Of a stretch of DNA of 64,000 bases, positions 8,774 through 18,420 are shown in pieces. A model generated the notes under the pieces. It was not told the DNA's origin and did no database searches. It was given only the letters and a program-made list of their open reading frames with translations. This DNA comes from a virus: positions 10,512 through 74,511 of IMG/VR virus record IMGVR_UViG_3300030430_004661. One strand, given 5' to 3'. A program made the position numbers and the translations under genes. Position 1 is the first letter of the stretch. Each line of letters opens with the position of its first letter.

Positions 8774-9990
8774 AAACCAACATATTTGTAAAAGGCCCTG
8801 TATTGTCACAAAGTGGCTATGGCGAACAAGCTCGCTTTGCATTACGTGCATTGCGAAGCAGAGAAGATCTATTTGATATATACATACTACCTATCAACTG
8901 GGGAAAAACAGGCTGGATATGGGAAAATAGTGAATTTAGATCTTGGATGGATGAAAGAATAGCAAAAACACAAATTGCAATAAATAACAAATCTCTAAAA
9001 GCAGACGTATCGTTACAAATAACTATACCAAATGAATTTGAAAAAATATGCCCGGTAAACATTGGGTATACCGCTGGTATAGAAGCAACCAAATGCTCAC
9101 CGCAATGGTTACCTAAAGGTAACGAGATGGACAAAATTATTGTTGTTTCTAGCCATGCTAAAAACAGTTATAAAAATACAGTAGCAGAGGCAATAAACAA
9201 TGACACTGGTGAAAAGTTTGAGTACAAGCTGAACACAGATATTAAAGTTGTTGGAGAATGCACACCAAGACACGAACCAGAAGCAATCGAAGGTTTTGAG
9301 TTGGATTATGACAAGAATTTTCTGATGGTATCCCAGCTCGGACCACGAAAAAACCTTGAAAACTCAATATGTTGGTTTGTAGAAGAGTTTATCGATAAAA
9401 AAGTCGGATTGGTATTGAAGACTAATTTCAAGAACAATTCAATATCAGACTTTAGCACGATCTCAAATCACCTCTCTACTTTACTAGAGAAATATAAAGA
9501 TAGAAAATGTAAGGTCTACTTGCTTCACGGAGATCTCAAACCATCACAGATGACTTGGCTATACCAGCATAAAAATATTAACGCTCTTATTAATGCATCT
9601 CACGGTGAAGGTTTTGGCTTGCCATTGTTTGAAGCAGCAAGAGAAGGTATGCCCGTTGTTACGCTTGGCTGGTCTGGACAGTTAGACTTTTTACACCATG
9701 ATGGCGATGACTATTTCCAATCAGTTGATTACACCTTACAGCCAATCCAACCACAAGCAGTGTGGCCGGGAGTTTTAGAAAAAGAGGCTATGTGGGCATT
9801 TGCCGATCAAGGCAGCTACAAGATGACCTTAAGAAAAACACTTAGAGACTATAGAAAAGTTAAACAAAAAGCACAGAAGTTAAAGACTATCATTGATCAA
9901 AAATTTAGCGAAGAAAAACTATACGCTGATTTCATAGATGCCTTACAGATTGCACAACCTGAAGAAGAAACACAGGTGGTCATACTGTAA
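8770..9990 (+). CDS. Glycosyltransferase, GT-B/GT4 family
   Basis: SGYGEQAR, PRKN, HGEGFGLPLFEAA. Confidence 0.9.
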   Translation: MKTNIFVKGPVLSQSGYGEQARFALRALRSREDLFDIYILPINWGKTGWIWENSEFRSWMDERIAKTQIAINNKSLKADVSLQITIPNEFEKICPVNIGYTAGIEATKCSPQWLPKGNEMDKIIVVSSHAKNSYKNTVAEAINNDTGEKFEYKLNTDIKVVGECTPRHEPEAIEGFELDYDKNFLMVSQLGPRKNLENSICWFVEEFIDKKVGLVLKTNFKNNSISDFSTISNHLSTLLEKYKDRKCKVYLLHGDLKPSQMTWLYQHKNINALINASHGEGFGLPLFEAAREGMPVVTLGWSGQLDFLHHDGDDYFQSVDYTLQPIQPQAVWPGVLEKEAMWAFADQGSYKMTLRKTLRDYRKVKQKAQKLKTIIDQKFSEEKLYADFIDALQIAQPEEETQVVIL

Positions 9991-11960
9991 TGAAAGTTAT
10001 TTTTTCTAGTCAATTCAGAGACAGTAGTGGTTATGCATCCGCAGCAAGATCTTATCTAAAGTCAATAGACACAGTTATAGAAAACTATGATTATGACTTT
10101 AAGATACTATCAATTTCTGTGGAAGACCACAGTGCTGTTTCTGATTACTATGAACAATTAATTTCAAAGTACGAGATAGATTTAGATTCAATTGATGAGT
10201 ATATCAAAGAAGATTATCTACTCATATGGCACCAACCAGCAGGAATGGTGATGTATGGAGACTCTAACAAAAGTAATGATCCTGAATGGATAGCGTTCAA
10301 AAAGCTGTTGGATAACTCAACCAAGAATGTGAACATGACAGTTTGGGAGTCTGATAAGGTTCCAGATATGTGGTCTGCAATACACAAGAAGTATAAAACA
10401 ACCTCAGTCATAGTCCCTTGTCAACAAAACAAAGACATTTTTGAAACATCAGGTATCTCCGCTCACCTGCTACCTCACGTGATTGAAGATCCAATGAAAA
10501 ATCCCAAAGAGATAAATGGGTTTCCTATAAATCTAGACGACATGTTTACTGTGTTTTCTATGTCACAGTGGATTAATCGAAAGGGTTATGATGCTTTAGT
10601 AAAGGCATTCTCTATGGAGTTTGACAACGTTCCAGACGCTATCATGATAATAAAAACTTACGTGACAGCAATGAACACAAAGCAGTTTCCGTTCAACAAG
10701 CAAGCAGAACATGTGCAAAGTGAGATCGTCGCAGTCAAGAGGACAGTTTTAAAACACGGTCGACCATCTAATGCTAAGATAGCAGCGATCTGCAATGTTC
10801 TTCCATATGAAAACATATCGTGGCTATATTCAAAGTCTGATGTCTTTGCGTTAGCGACAAGAGGTGAGGGCTTCGGTTTGACCATATCGGAAGCTATCAT
10901 GCATGAGAAACCTGTTGTGGTGTCATCTGCTGGCGGACATTTGGATTATATAAATCCAGATGACGCCTTTTTGTTTAATGGCTACAAACATCCATACATA
11001 GGGGATCCAACTTATGATTACGATATGAATTGGTTTGAGCCCGACATACTTGATATAAGAAAAAAATTAAGAACATGTTATAATCTATGGAAGTCGAATA
11101 GAGAAAAACTTGCTCAAATGGGCAAAAATCTGAAGCAACATATCTTGTCTAATGGATACGACTATGAATCAATTGGAAACAAGTTTTTTTCCATAATATC
11201 AAAAGAAATCAACTATAGAAGCGATAATTTGAAAGATATGATAAGGTCTTTTTCATCTGATAGAAAAAAGTTAGACCTTTTGAAAGACAAATACAAAGAT
11301 CAAGACTGTTACATCTTAACATGTGGCCCATCTCTTAGCAACTATTCTGAGGAGTTTTTAAACGAAGCACTTTCAGATAAACTAGTGTTCGCAGTTAAGC
11401 AAGCATACAATCAGGCACCAGATATTGTTGATTTTCACTTTTTTAACTCAAACAACTTTGAAGTATATAACTATAAGGAAGATAGGCCCATAGTGTTTGC
11501 AAGCTCGGCTGAGAGTGAGATAGCCATGATCTATCACATTTGGTCCAACAACCAAGAGTATGACATTTTTAATTTCATACCAGATGATAGAGACATGTCC
11601 AAGTCGATTTGCAAAAGTTTGAACTTTGAAAAGCATACATATGAAAACACAATCGAAAGACCATGGGGGCCCGGTATTATGACTGAAATGGTGTTCTACT
11701 TAGCGGTACACATGGGCGTAAAGAACATATACACCATAGGTTGGGACTTAGAAAAGCCCGGATCCACAAAGTCAAACCATTTTTACAAGGATAGATCAGT
11801 AATAAGACCTGCTGATGATATGCCTAAAGATGAAATAAATAATAACATAAACATGTCGAAGCACTTAAACGAGTGGTTAAAAACAAAAGGAATTAATTTA
11901 TATGTAGCAAATGAAGGGTCTTATGTACACAATTCAATACCTAGGAGAATATTAAAATGA
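9990..11960 (+). CDS. Bifunctional GT4 plus sialyltransferase-like (Maf/DUF115/GT42-type) protein
   Basis: SGYASAAR, RKGYD, RGEGFGLTISEA in the first ~405 aa; C-terminal YILTCGPSL...VFAVKQ...AVHMGVKNIYTIGWD. Confidence 0.8.
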   Translation: MKVIFSSQFRDSSGYASAARSYLKSIDTVIENYDYDFKILSISVEDHSAVSDYYEQLISKYEIDLDSIDEYIKEDYLLIWHQPAGMVMYGDSNKSNDPEWIAFKKLLDNSTKNVNMTVWESDKVPDMWSAIHKKYKTTSVIVPCQQNKDIFETSGISAHLLPHVIEDPMKNPKEINGFPINLDDMFTVFSMSQWINRKGYDALVKAFSMEFDNVPDAIMIIKTYVTAMNTKQFPFNKQAEHVQSEIVAVKRTVLKHGRPSNAKIAAICNVLPYENISWLYSKSDVFALATRGEGFGLTISEAIMHEKPVVVSSAGGHLDYINPDDAFLFNGYKHPYIGDPTYDYDMNWFEPDILDIRKKLRTCYNLWKSNREKLAQMGKNLKQHILSNGYDYESIGNKFFSIISKEINYRSDNLKDMIRSFSSDRKKLDLLKDKYKDQDCYILTCGPSLSNYSEEFLNEALSDKLVFAVKQAYNQAPDIVDFHFFNSNNFEVYNYKEDRPIVFASSAESEIAMIYHIWSNNQEYDIFNFIPDDRDMSKSICKSLNFEKHTYENTIERPWGPGIMTEMVFYLAVHMGVKNIYTIGWDLEKPGSTKSNHFYKDRSVIRPADDMPKDEINNNINMSKHLNEWLKTKGINLYVANEGSYVHNSIPRRILK

Positions 11961-12781
11961 AAACATACGTTATAGCGGAAATAGGAATAAACCATAATGG
12001 TTCGTTAGACATCGCCAAGAAGCTGATTGATGTAGCGGCTGTCTCAGGATGTGATGCAGTAAAGTTCCAGAAAAGAAATCCCGATGTCTGTGTACCTGAG
12101 CACCAAAAATCAGTCATGCGTGAAACTCCGTGGGGTACCATGACCTACTTGGACTATAAATATAAGATGGAGTTCGGCAAAGAAGAGTATGATGAGATCG
12201 ATAGATACTGTAAACAGAAGGGTATCGAATGGTCTGCTTCCCCATGGGATCTCGACAGCTTGAAGTTTTTGATGAATTATGATTTACCATGGCTTAAAAT
12301 ACCATCTGCCATGATAACCAACGAGGAATTAATGACTGCGTGTGCTGCAACTGGTAAAAAAGTTATCTTTTCCACTGGTATGTCAACTTATGACGAGATA
12401 GACCAAGCAGTAGAATGGCTCAATGGCTCTGATACTTTAATGCTTCACTGTAATTCTAGTTACCCGGCGCCGTTAGAAGATTTAAATCTAAAATGCATAC
12501 AGACTCTCAAGAAAAGATATGGCTGTGAAGTAGGCTATAGTGGTCATGAGTTTAGGCTTGGCACATCTGTAGCAGCAATATATTTAGGTGCAACTTGTAT
12601 CGAGAGACATATAACTTTAGATAGAACAATGTGGGGTTCTGACCACCTATCTTCAGTCGAACCTCAAGGGTTGATCAAGATGGTGAGGGGTATTAGAGAG
12701 CTGGAAGTAGCACTTGGAGACGGTGTGAAAAGGGTTACAAGCGGCGAGCTTGCACCAAGAAAGAAACTTAGAGGTTACTAG
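11957..12781 (+). CDS. neuB: Nonulosonic acid synthase, NeuB family, lacking the C-terminal SAF domain
   Basis: IAEIGINHNG, AVKFQKR, LKIPS, STGMS, HCNSSYP, GYSGHE, ERHITL, GSDH. Confidence 0.95.
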   Translation: MKTYVIAEIGINHNGSLDIAKKLIDVAAVSGCDAVKFQKRNPDVCVPEHQKSVMRETPWGTMTYLDYKYKMEFGKEEYDEIDRYCKQKGIEWSASPWDLDSLKFLMNYDLPWLKIPSAMITNEELMTACAATGKKVIFSTGMSTYDEIDQAVEWLNGSDTLMLHCNSSYPAPLEDLNLKCIQTLKKRYGCEVGYSGHEFRLGTSVAAIYLGATCIERHITLDRTMWGSDHLSSVEPQGLIKMVRGIRELEVALGDGVKRVTSGELAPRKKLRGY

Positions 12782-13620
12782 TGTTCCAAGAACAATGGAT
12801 CTGCCCAGAGAGACTGGGTGGATCAAAAGCAATAGATATGTATAATCTATATTTGAACAATAGAAGAGACCAGCTTCCATATGCTGATCTAAAGTATTCT
12901 CATGTTGTTGACAAAGTTCACGAAGAAGGATATGCGATAGTTCAATCCTGTGTCGATGTAGATCTCATAAATGAGATATTGACGAACACGGAAAGCATTT
13001 TCTTAGACCCAAGACTTTTAAAAACAAATAATGAAAAATATAAAACTGTTAGGCACCCATTTATTGACTGCCCACAAATATTGAATCTTGCCCTATCAGA
13101 GACAATTTTCAATGTTGTTAGTCAATTTTATGGGTGCGTTCCAGCTTTAACGGGCGGAAAAATACACCGATCCTACGCCTTCACAGGACAAAAAACAGGT
13201 ACACATTTATATCATATAGATAAAAACAGTCTATGGTTTATAAAAGCTTTTATCTACTTGAATGATGTAGGTATAGATGGCGGGCCATTTACATATGTTA
13301 AGGGAAGCCACAAAGATAGATTTGCTGGTTGGAGAGACAATTATAGATATAGTGACGAACAAATCACAACTTATTACGGTAAAGATCGCATAAAGCACCT
13401 AACTGCTTCAGTTGGCGATGTAATATTTGCAAACACTGTAGGGATGCATAAGGCACTTACTATGGATAAAGGACACAGAACAATGGTGACTTTGAATTTT
13501 TGTGTTCACCCAGAAGACTGGTCACCAGAGTCTAAGTTTATGTTTATGCACAAAAATGATTACGAAAGGATCAGTGCTAACAAAACAAGGCTTTTTGATT
13601 ATATAAGGAAAACATCATGA
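12781..13620 (+). CDS. PhyH-like Fe(II)/2-oxoglutarate dioxygenase
   Basis: EEGYAIV, HID (HxD), IYLNDV...GGPFTYVKGSH, GDVIF...MHK...R. Confidence 0.8.
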   Translation: MFQEQWICPERLGGSKAIDMYNLYLNNRRDQLPYADLKYSHVVDKVHEEGYAIVQSCVDVDLINEILTNTESIFLDPRLLKTNNEKYKTVRHPFIDCPQILNLALSETIFNVVSQFYGCVPALTGGKIHRSYAFTGQKTGTHLYHIDKNSLWFIKAFIYLNDVGIDGGPFTYVKGSHKDRFAGWRDNYRYSDEQITTYYGKDRIKHLTASVGDVIFANTVGMHKALTMDKGHRTMVTLNFCVHPEDWSPESKFMFMHKNDYERISANKTRLFDYIRKTS

Positions 13621-14414
13621 ACAAATATAGAAAAAACATAGATCACGGTGGGTGGTTTAGTTTTAACGCAACGCAAGAAGAATGGAAGTCAAACTACGCT
13701 GAAAAAATGTTAGATTACTTTTTTACCTCGTCGATTATAGAGAGGAGCTTTGGCGGATACACAATAACAGATGAACTCTTGATTACAAATAACCTAAACT
13801 TTTCTGGTGTCAAAGAGAGGAGTGTTCTTGTCATAGGAGCAGGTCCATCTTCATCCTTGTTAACGCAAGAGTTACTTGATTCCTATGACTATGTTTTTAC
13901 ATGCAATCACTTTTTTAAAAACGATTTTTTGAATGGCACCAAAGTCAACCTAGTCTTGATTGGCGACGAAGTCAGTCTGAGATCACCACACTTTCTAAAA
14001 TATATCGAGAAACACTCTCCAATTATAGGATTTGAACACTCCGCCAGAAGAACCATGCTTGAAGTCTTAGATTTTAAAAGATCTTATCCTAGAAGCTTTA
14101 TTTATCTGACTAGGTACTTTTCAAGGTTGGGATATGTTGCTAGAGCATGTGTTCTTGCAAGGTGTATGGGTGCCTCAAAAGTTGATTTTGTGGGTATGGA
14201 TGGTTTCAAGAAGAGGGTCCATCTTTTTCAAAAAGGCAAAAAACCACCATCCTTTAACGATCCAGACAAGTTTAGAAAACAAGCAAAAATATTTTATGAA
14301 TATATGTTGAATGATTTACGTATAACTAAGGATAATTTTAATAACCTTGGAGAAAATCACGAATCCAGCATATACACCGGAATCATGAATGAGGTAAAAA
14401 ATGAAACAAATTGA
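13617..14414 (+). CDS. Sialyltransferase-like protein (CstII/GT42- or Maf-like)
   Basis: VLVIGAGPSS...VFTCNHFF...ARCMGASKVDFVGMDG matches the GxGPS / CN.F / G..I.L.G.D pattern; flanked by neuB and neuA. Confidence 0.7.
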   Translation: MNKYRKNIDHGGWFSFNATQEEWKSNYAEKMLDYFFTSSIIERSFGGYTITDELLITNNLNFSGVKERSVLVIGAGPSSSLLTQELLDSYDYVFTCNHFFKNDFLNGTKVNLVLIGDEVSLRSPHFLKYIEKHSPIIGFEHSARRTMLEVLDFKRSYPRSFIYLTRYFSRLGYVARACVLARCMGASKVDFVGMDGFKKRVHLFQKGKKPPSFNDPDKFRKQAKIFYEYMLNDLRITKDNFNNLGENHESSIYTGIMNEVKNETN

Positions 14415-15075
14415 AGAGATAGCGGTAATAATACAAGCGAGACTTAACTCACAAAGAATACCTAAAAAAATGATCAAGCCATTTTCAGGGACAACTTTAA
14501 CAGATATATTTCTAGAGAAAGTTAAAAAATGTAGAAGTTTTCCAATGTCTAATTTTTATTTGTCTGTCTACGAAGATGAGTTAGTTGATATTGGGATCAA
14601 ACACGATGTCAACATATTCAAAAGGTCAAAGAAATCCGCCTTTTCGGAAGGTACCCCGATGACTCTTATGTATGAGTGGCACAACAAACTACCTTTTAAA
14701 TACTGTGTTCTAATAAATGCCTGTGTTCCTTTTTTAAAGCCTGAGACTATAGATGATTTCATTAGGCTATACTGTCTGTCAGACCATGATGGCATGTTTG
14801 CAGTTATGGAAAAGAAGAATTATTTTTGGAACCAAAACGCAGATCTTCTAACACCATTAACCGAAGATGTTATGAACACAAAAACAGTTCAGAAAACTTA
14901 CGAAGCAGCACATTGCCTTTATGCTGGTAAGATGAGTAGCATAAAAGACGGTGTGTGGATGGGTGACTTCATGAAAAATGAAGTAAAACTTTTCCCAATT
15001 CAGGAACGTGAGGCATTTGATATCGATCACCCATGGCAGTTTGATCTGTGTGAAAAACTATGGGAGTCTAAATGA
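14401..15075 (+). CDS. neuA: CMP-nonulosonic acid synthetase (acylneuraminate cytidylyltransferase)
   Basis: IIQARLNSQRIPKKMIKPF, NACVPF, FDIDHPWQF. Confidence 0.88.
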   Translation: MKQIEEIAVIIQARLNSQRIPKKMIKPFSGTTLTDIFLEKVKKCRSFPMSNFYLSVYEDELVDIGIKHDVNIFKRSKKSAFSEGTPMTLMYEWHNKLPFKYCVLINACVPFLKPETIDDFIRLYCLSDHDGMFAVMEKKNYFWNQNADLLTPLTEDVMNTKTVQKTYEAAHCLYAGKMSSIKDGVWMGDFMKNEVKLFPIQEREAFDIDHPWQFDLCEKLWESK

Positions 15076-15839
15076 TATTTTATTCTGAGCATTACGAAAA
15101 ATGTAAACATGATCAACCTAGCCTGTACGACTATGTGTTTGAGATGAACCCTTTTATCCTTGATAAAGGAGACGTTAGAACATTGGCAAACACAGTTGAT
15201 GGCATGATATCATATAACAATGGGTGTCTAGAAGACCAATGGTCGATAAAACTTGAAAACATATCGTTTATACCACAGCTGGAGTCAATATGCAAACAAT
15301 TAGCAATGCAGATAGAAAGTAGGTACTTTGGATCTTACTGTAAATTTGAGTTTATACATTGCTATAGAAACAAAACAACAGCCACAAAAGAGTCTTCATG
15401 GAAATGGCACTATGATGATTGTCCTAGAGAATTTATGAAAGTTGGACTTTACCTGAATGATGTTAATACCGACAACGGATGTATGCAAATTTTAAACTCT
15501 ATGGACGGACCCAAGGAAGTTAAGTCCTTCAGAACACACCCAAACGCAGTAAAAGGTGATCCTCCACCAGTTTATCCAAAATCAAGAATACCGGATGCAG
15601 AGATAAGCAGACTTTTATCGAATGGGTATAGAGAACACAACGTCGTAGGTAAATCAGGAACAAACTTTCTTTTCACACCAAACATAATACACAGAGCAAC
15701 GATTCCAAAAGAAGGTGTCACCCCAAGAGATGTCATAATATTTTTTGTAAGACCGAGTCTGAAGAAGATAACAAACTATACTAGTGTAGCAAAATATTTT
15801 AGATCTGGTAAAAACGTGAAGAGGTATGAATTAGATTGA
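15072..15839 (+). CDS. PhyH-like Fe(II)/2-oxoglutarate dioxygenase
   Basis: WHYD (HxD), LYLNDVNTDNGC, IIHRA...RD. Confidence 0.75.
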   Translation: MIFYSEHYEKCKHDQPSLYDYVFEMNPFILDKGDVRTLANTVDGMISYNNGCLEDQWSIKLENISFIPQLESICKQLAMQIESRYFGSYCKFEFIHCYRNKTTATKESSWKWHYDDCPREFMKVGLYLNDVNTDNGCMQILNSMDGPKEVKSFRTHPNAVKGDPPPVYPKSRIPDAEISRLLSNGYREHNVVGKSGTNFLFTPNIIHRATIPKEGVTPRDVIIFFVRPSLKKITNYTSVAKYFRSGKNVKRYELD

Positions 15840-16696
15840 TGTTTAGAAGTAGAAAAATAAATAAAAATCAATGGATCGACACCAAAACAAACACTGTTTT
15901 TGAAACTGGTTTGATTAAAGGTAGGCACGGTAAGAAATCAAGTTTTCTGGACACCCCAGATAGTTTTCTTGGTGGACACTATGGAGAGTCGTATTACTTA
16001 GATTTCTACGACAGGATTCAACACGATGTGGATGATTACACAACCAGCAACGAGGTTATCTATAAACGCCATGATAATAAACTAGCGGGTAAGAAGGTTC
16101 TGATTGTTGGTGGCGGACCTTCGTCTAATGACCTCAAATGGCAACAACACTACGACTACGTGATTACTAGTAATAATTATTACAAAAAGTTTCCTGATAA
16201 TAAACCATACATAATAAACTTTACACCTTACATGGATCTAAGCGATTCAAAGTTGCTGTCTTTTTTAGATTCTGGAGATTTTTATATTGGCTTTGAAGCG
16301 GATGCTTTTTTAAAAAACCATGAGATCTCTATGATCCATACGTTTTGGCCAAAGTATAGAGATAGAATAATTCTGTTCCACACCAGATATTCATCAGCAA
16401 TTGGTGTCTCAACCCGTCAAGCAGTCTTTGCGATATTGATGGGAGCTGATGAAGTTCACCTATGTGGCATGGACCTATTCAAAGACAAGGACAGTGTTAG
16501 ACACTCCTTTGAGGATAACAAGGGTCTTCCACGATGGCGTCTCGCAGGGGGAGAAACCCTTCAACAACAATTAGTAGTTTCTTTTTGGGAATACGTTAAG
16601 CAGATCGGCGCTACAAACGACTGTAGAGTTATCAACCTAGCGAGACACTTCGATTACAATTGCCTAGGTCAACCATCAATAGGAGAACTATCATGA
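15836..16696 (+). CDS. Sialyltransferase-like protein (CstII/GT42- or Maf-like), paralog of 13617..14414
   Basis: VLIVGGGPSS...VITSNNYY...TRYSS.IG...AILMGADEVHLCGMD. Confidence 0.7.
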   Translation: MMFRSRKINKNQWIDTKTNTVFETGLIKGRHGKKSSFLDTPDSFLGGHYGESYYLDFYDRIQHDVDDYTTSNEVIYKRHDNKLAGKKVLIVGGGPSSNDLKWQQHYDYVITSNNYYKKFPDNKPYIINFTPYMDLSDSKLLSFLDSGDFYIGFEADAFLKNHEISMIHTFWPKYRDRIILFHTRYSSAIGVSTRQAVFAILMGADEVHLCGMDLFKDKDSVRHSFEDNKGLPRWRLAGGETLQQQLVVSFWEYVKQIGATNDCRVINLARHFDYNCLGQPSIGELS

Positions 16697-17487
16697 AGAT
16701 AGCACTGTGTTACTCAGGTCAAATTGGTGCTTTTCATAAAGCATTACGCAGCCAAAGAGCTTCGTTTCTGACTAACGACATGGATATCTACGTTTACACT
16801 TCAGACGTAGTGTCACAGAAAAACAATACTATAGTTAACTTGCCGACTTCATCGGACGTACACGAATATCTGATAGCCGGAAAAGGTTGGAGAAAAAACA
16901 CCAACACTTATGGTATAGTGTATAAGATCCCATCAGATTACATCGTGAAATCACTAAAACCAATAGAAAGACAAATAGTTCACATGAAAGTCCAAAAAGA
17001 GGATCTATATGAAACACTGAATGATTGGGACATGTCAAAATGGAAATGGCTAAGAAAAAGACAGCTCTGGAAAATGCACCAGTGCAATGAGATGGTAAAC
17101 AACAGTGGTAATGACTATGACATAGTGGTTAGATCGAGATTTGAGTTTGGTCCAAATGTAAAGATAGATATACAGAAAATTGTATCAAGCACCGATAACT
17201 TGGATAATAAAATTTTTATGTTTGGTGGTTGGAACTGTGTTCCTCCAATGGTTTTTATGGATGAATTTATTTGTGATGGGTTTGCCTTTGGAAAACCTGA
17301 AGTTATGAATAAGTTCACATCTCTCTATTTAAATGAAGATCCATACCCGTATGATCCGAAATATAAAGAGTGTTGGGAAAAGTTTGGTGATAACGTTGAA
17401 TATCAATTAAAAACTCACCTTGATAAACACAACATTGAGATTGTGTATATTGGTAATAAAAGAAACATGTATCATTTATGGAGATAA
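16693..17487 (+). CDS. Putative glycosyltransferase-like protein
   Basis: MKIALCYSGQ...YDIVVRSRFE...DGFAFG pattern typical of viral glycan-locus proteins; AGGAG RBS and ATGA overlap. Confidence 0.55.
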   Translation: MKIALCYSGQIGAFHKALRSQRASFLTNDMDIYVYTSDVVSQKNNTIVNLPTSSDVHEYLIAGKGWRKNTNTYGIVYKIPSDYIVKSLKPIERQIVHMKVQKEDLYETLNDWDMSKWKWLRKRQLWKMHQCNEMVNNSGNDYDIVVRSRFEFGPNVKIDIQKIVSSTDNLDNKIFMFGGWNCVPPMVFMDEFICDGFAFGKPEVMNKFTSLYLNEDPYPYDPKYKECWEKFGDNVEYQLKTHLDKHNIEIVYIGNKRNMYHLWR

Positions 17488-17488
17488 A

Positions 17489-18115
17489 GTGAAAAAAGTA
17501 TTTATTGACTGTGGTAGTTACGACGGCTGTAGCGTGAGAAAATTCTCTGATCTGTACGACAAAAAAGCAGATTATCAGTATCACTGTTTTGAGGGCAATC
17601 CGCTATTGGCCAACTATCACCCTGTGAACGAAAGGTGTGTGTTTCACAACACCATAGTACTAGATACCGAAGATGAGGTTACATTTTATGTACATTCCAC
17701 TACAGGAGGGAGCACAATCAGTCAACAGAAAAACCAGAGGTATAAAAACAAAGATGAATCAAAGTATGGCGATACGGAGGAGATAGTTCTAAGACCAATA
17801 AGACTATCAAGCTATATAAGCGACAACTTTAGCCCTGATGATAATATAATTTTAAAAATGGATATTGAAGGTGCTGAATATTGCGTCCTTAGAGACCTTA
17901 TCAAATGCGACGTATTGTGGTACATTGATAAGATCTATATCGAATGGCACATAAATGATAGAACAGAAGAGCCTCAACCCGAAGAGTTTATATCAGAGTT
18001 CGTTGAAATATGTGATGAAAACGATATATGTTTGGATACTTCTTGGGACTCGATGCATGAGCCGTACATGAAAGAAGAAAGAAATTCTGAATACAAAAAA
18101 AAGAGGAAAAAATGA
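17489..18115 (+). CDS. FkbM-family SAM-dependent methyltransferase
   Basis: VFIDCGSYDG, CFEGNP, ILKMDIEGAEY, IEWH; GTG start after GGAG. Confidence 0.88.
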   Translation: MKKVFIDCGSYDGCSVRKFSDLYDKKADYQYHCFEGNPLLANYHPVNERCVFHNTIVLDTEDEVTFYVHSTTGGSTISQQKNQRYKNKDESKYGDTEEIVLRPIRLSSYISDNFSPDDNIILKMDIEGAEYCVLRDLIKCDVLWYIDKIYIEWHINDRTEEPQPEEFISEFVEICDENDICLDTSWDSMHEPYMKEERNSEYKKKRKK

Positions 18116-18420
18116 TAATTTATGTAGACATAGATGAAACAATATGTGTTTCACCACCAAACCGAGATTATTCACAAGCAGTTCCAATAGCAAACCACAT
18201 CAGTAAAATCAATCAACTTTATGATTCTGGTAACACGATTGTATATTGGACTGCTAGAGGCACTGGATCTGGTATTGACTGGAGAGAAGTGACAGAAAGA
18301 CAGTTTGAAACTTGGGGGGTAAAGTATCATGATCTTAAGTTTGGCAAACCAATATATGACTTGTTTGTTGATGATAAAAATATAAATTGTGAGAGGTTTT
18401 TTCATAATGAAAATATATGA
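18112..18420 (+). CDS. Small capless HAD-family phosphatase
   Basis: YVDIDETIC (DxD), WTARG, KP..DLFVDDK. Confidence 0.85.
   Translation: MIIYVDIDETICVSPPNRDYSQAVPIANHISKINQLYDSGNTIVYWTARGTGSGIDWREVTERQFETWGVKYHDLKFGKPIYDLFVDDKNINCERFFHNENI

Noticed and set aside
11957-12781. neuB as a truncated pseudogene
   Set aside because: All TIM-barrel catalytic motifs are present and the stop is coupled to the next start; SAF-less NeuBs exist
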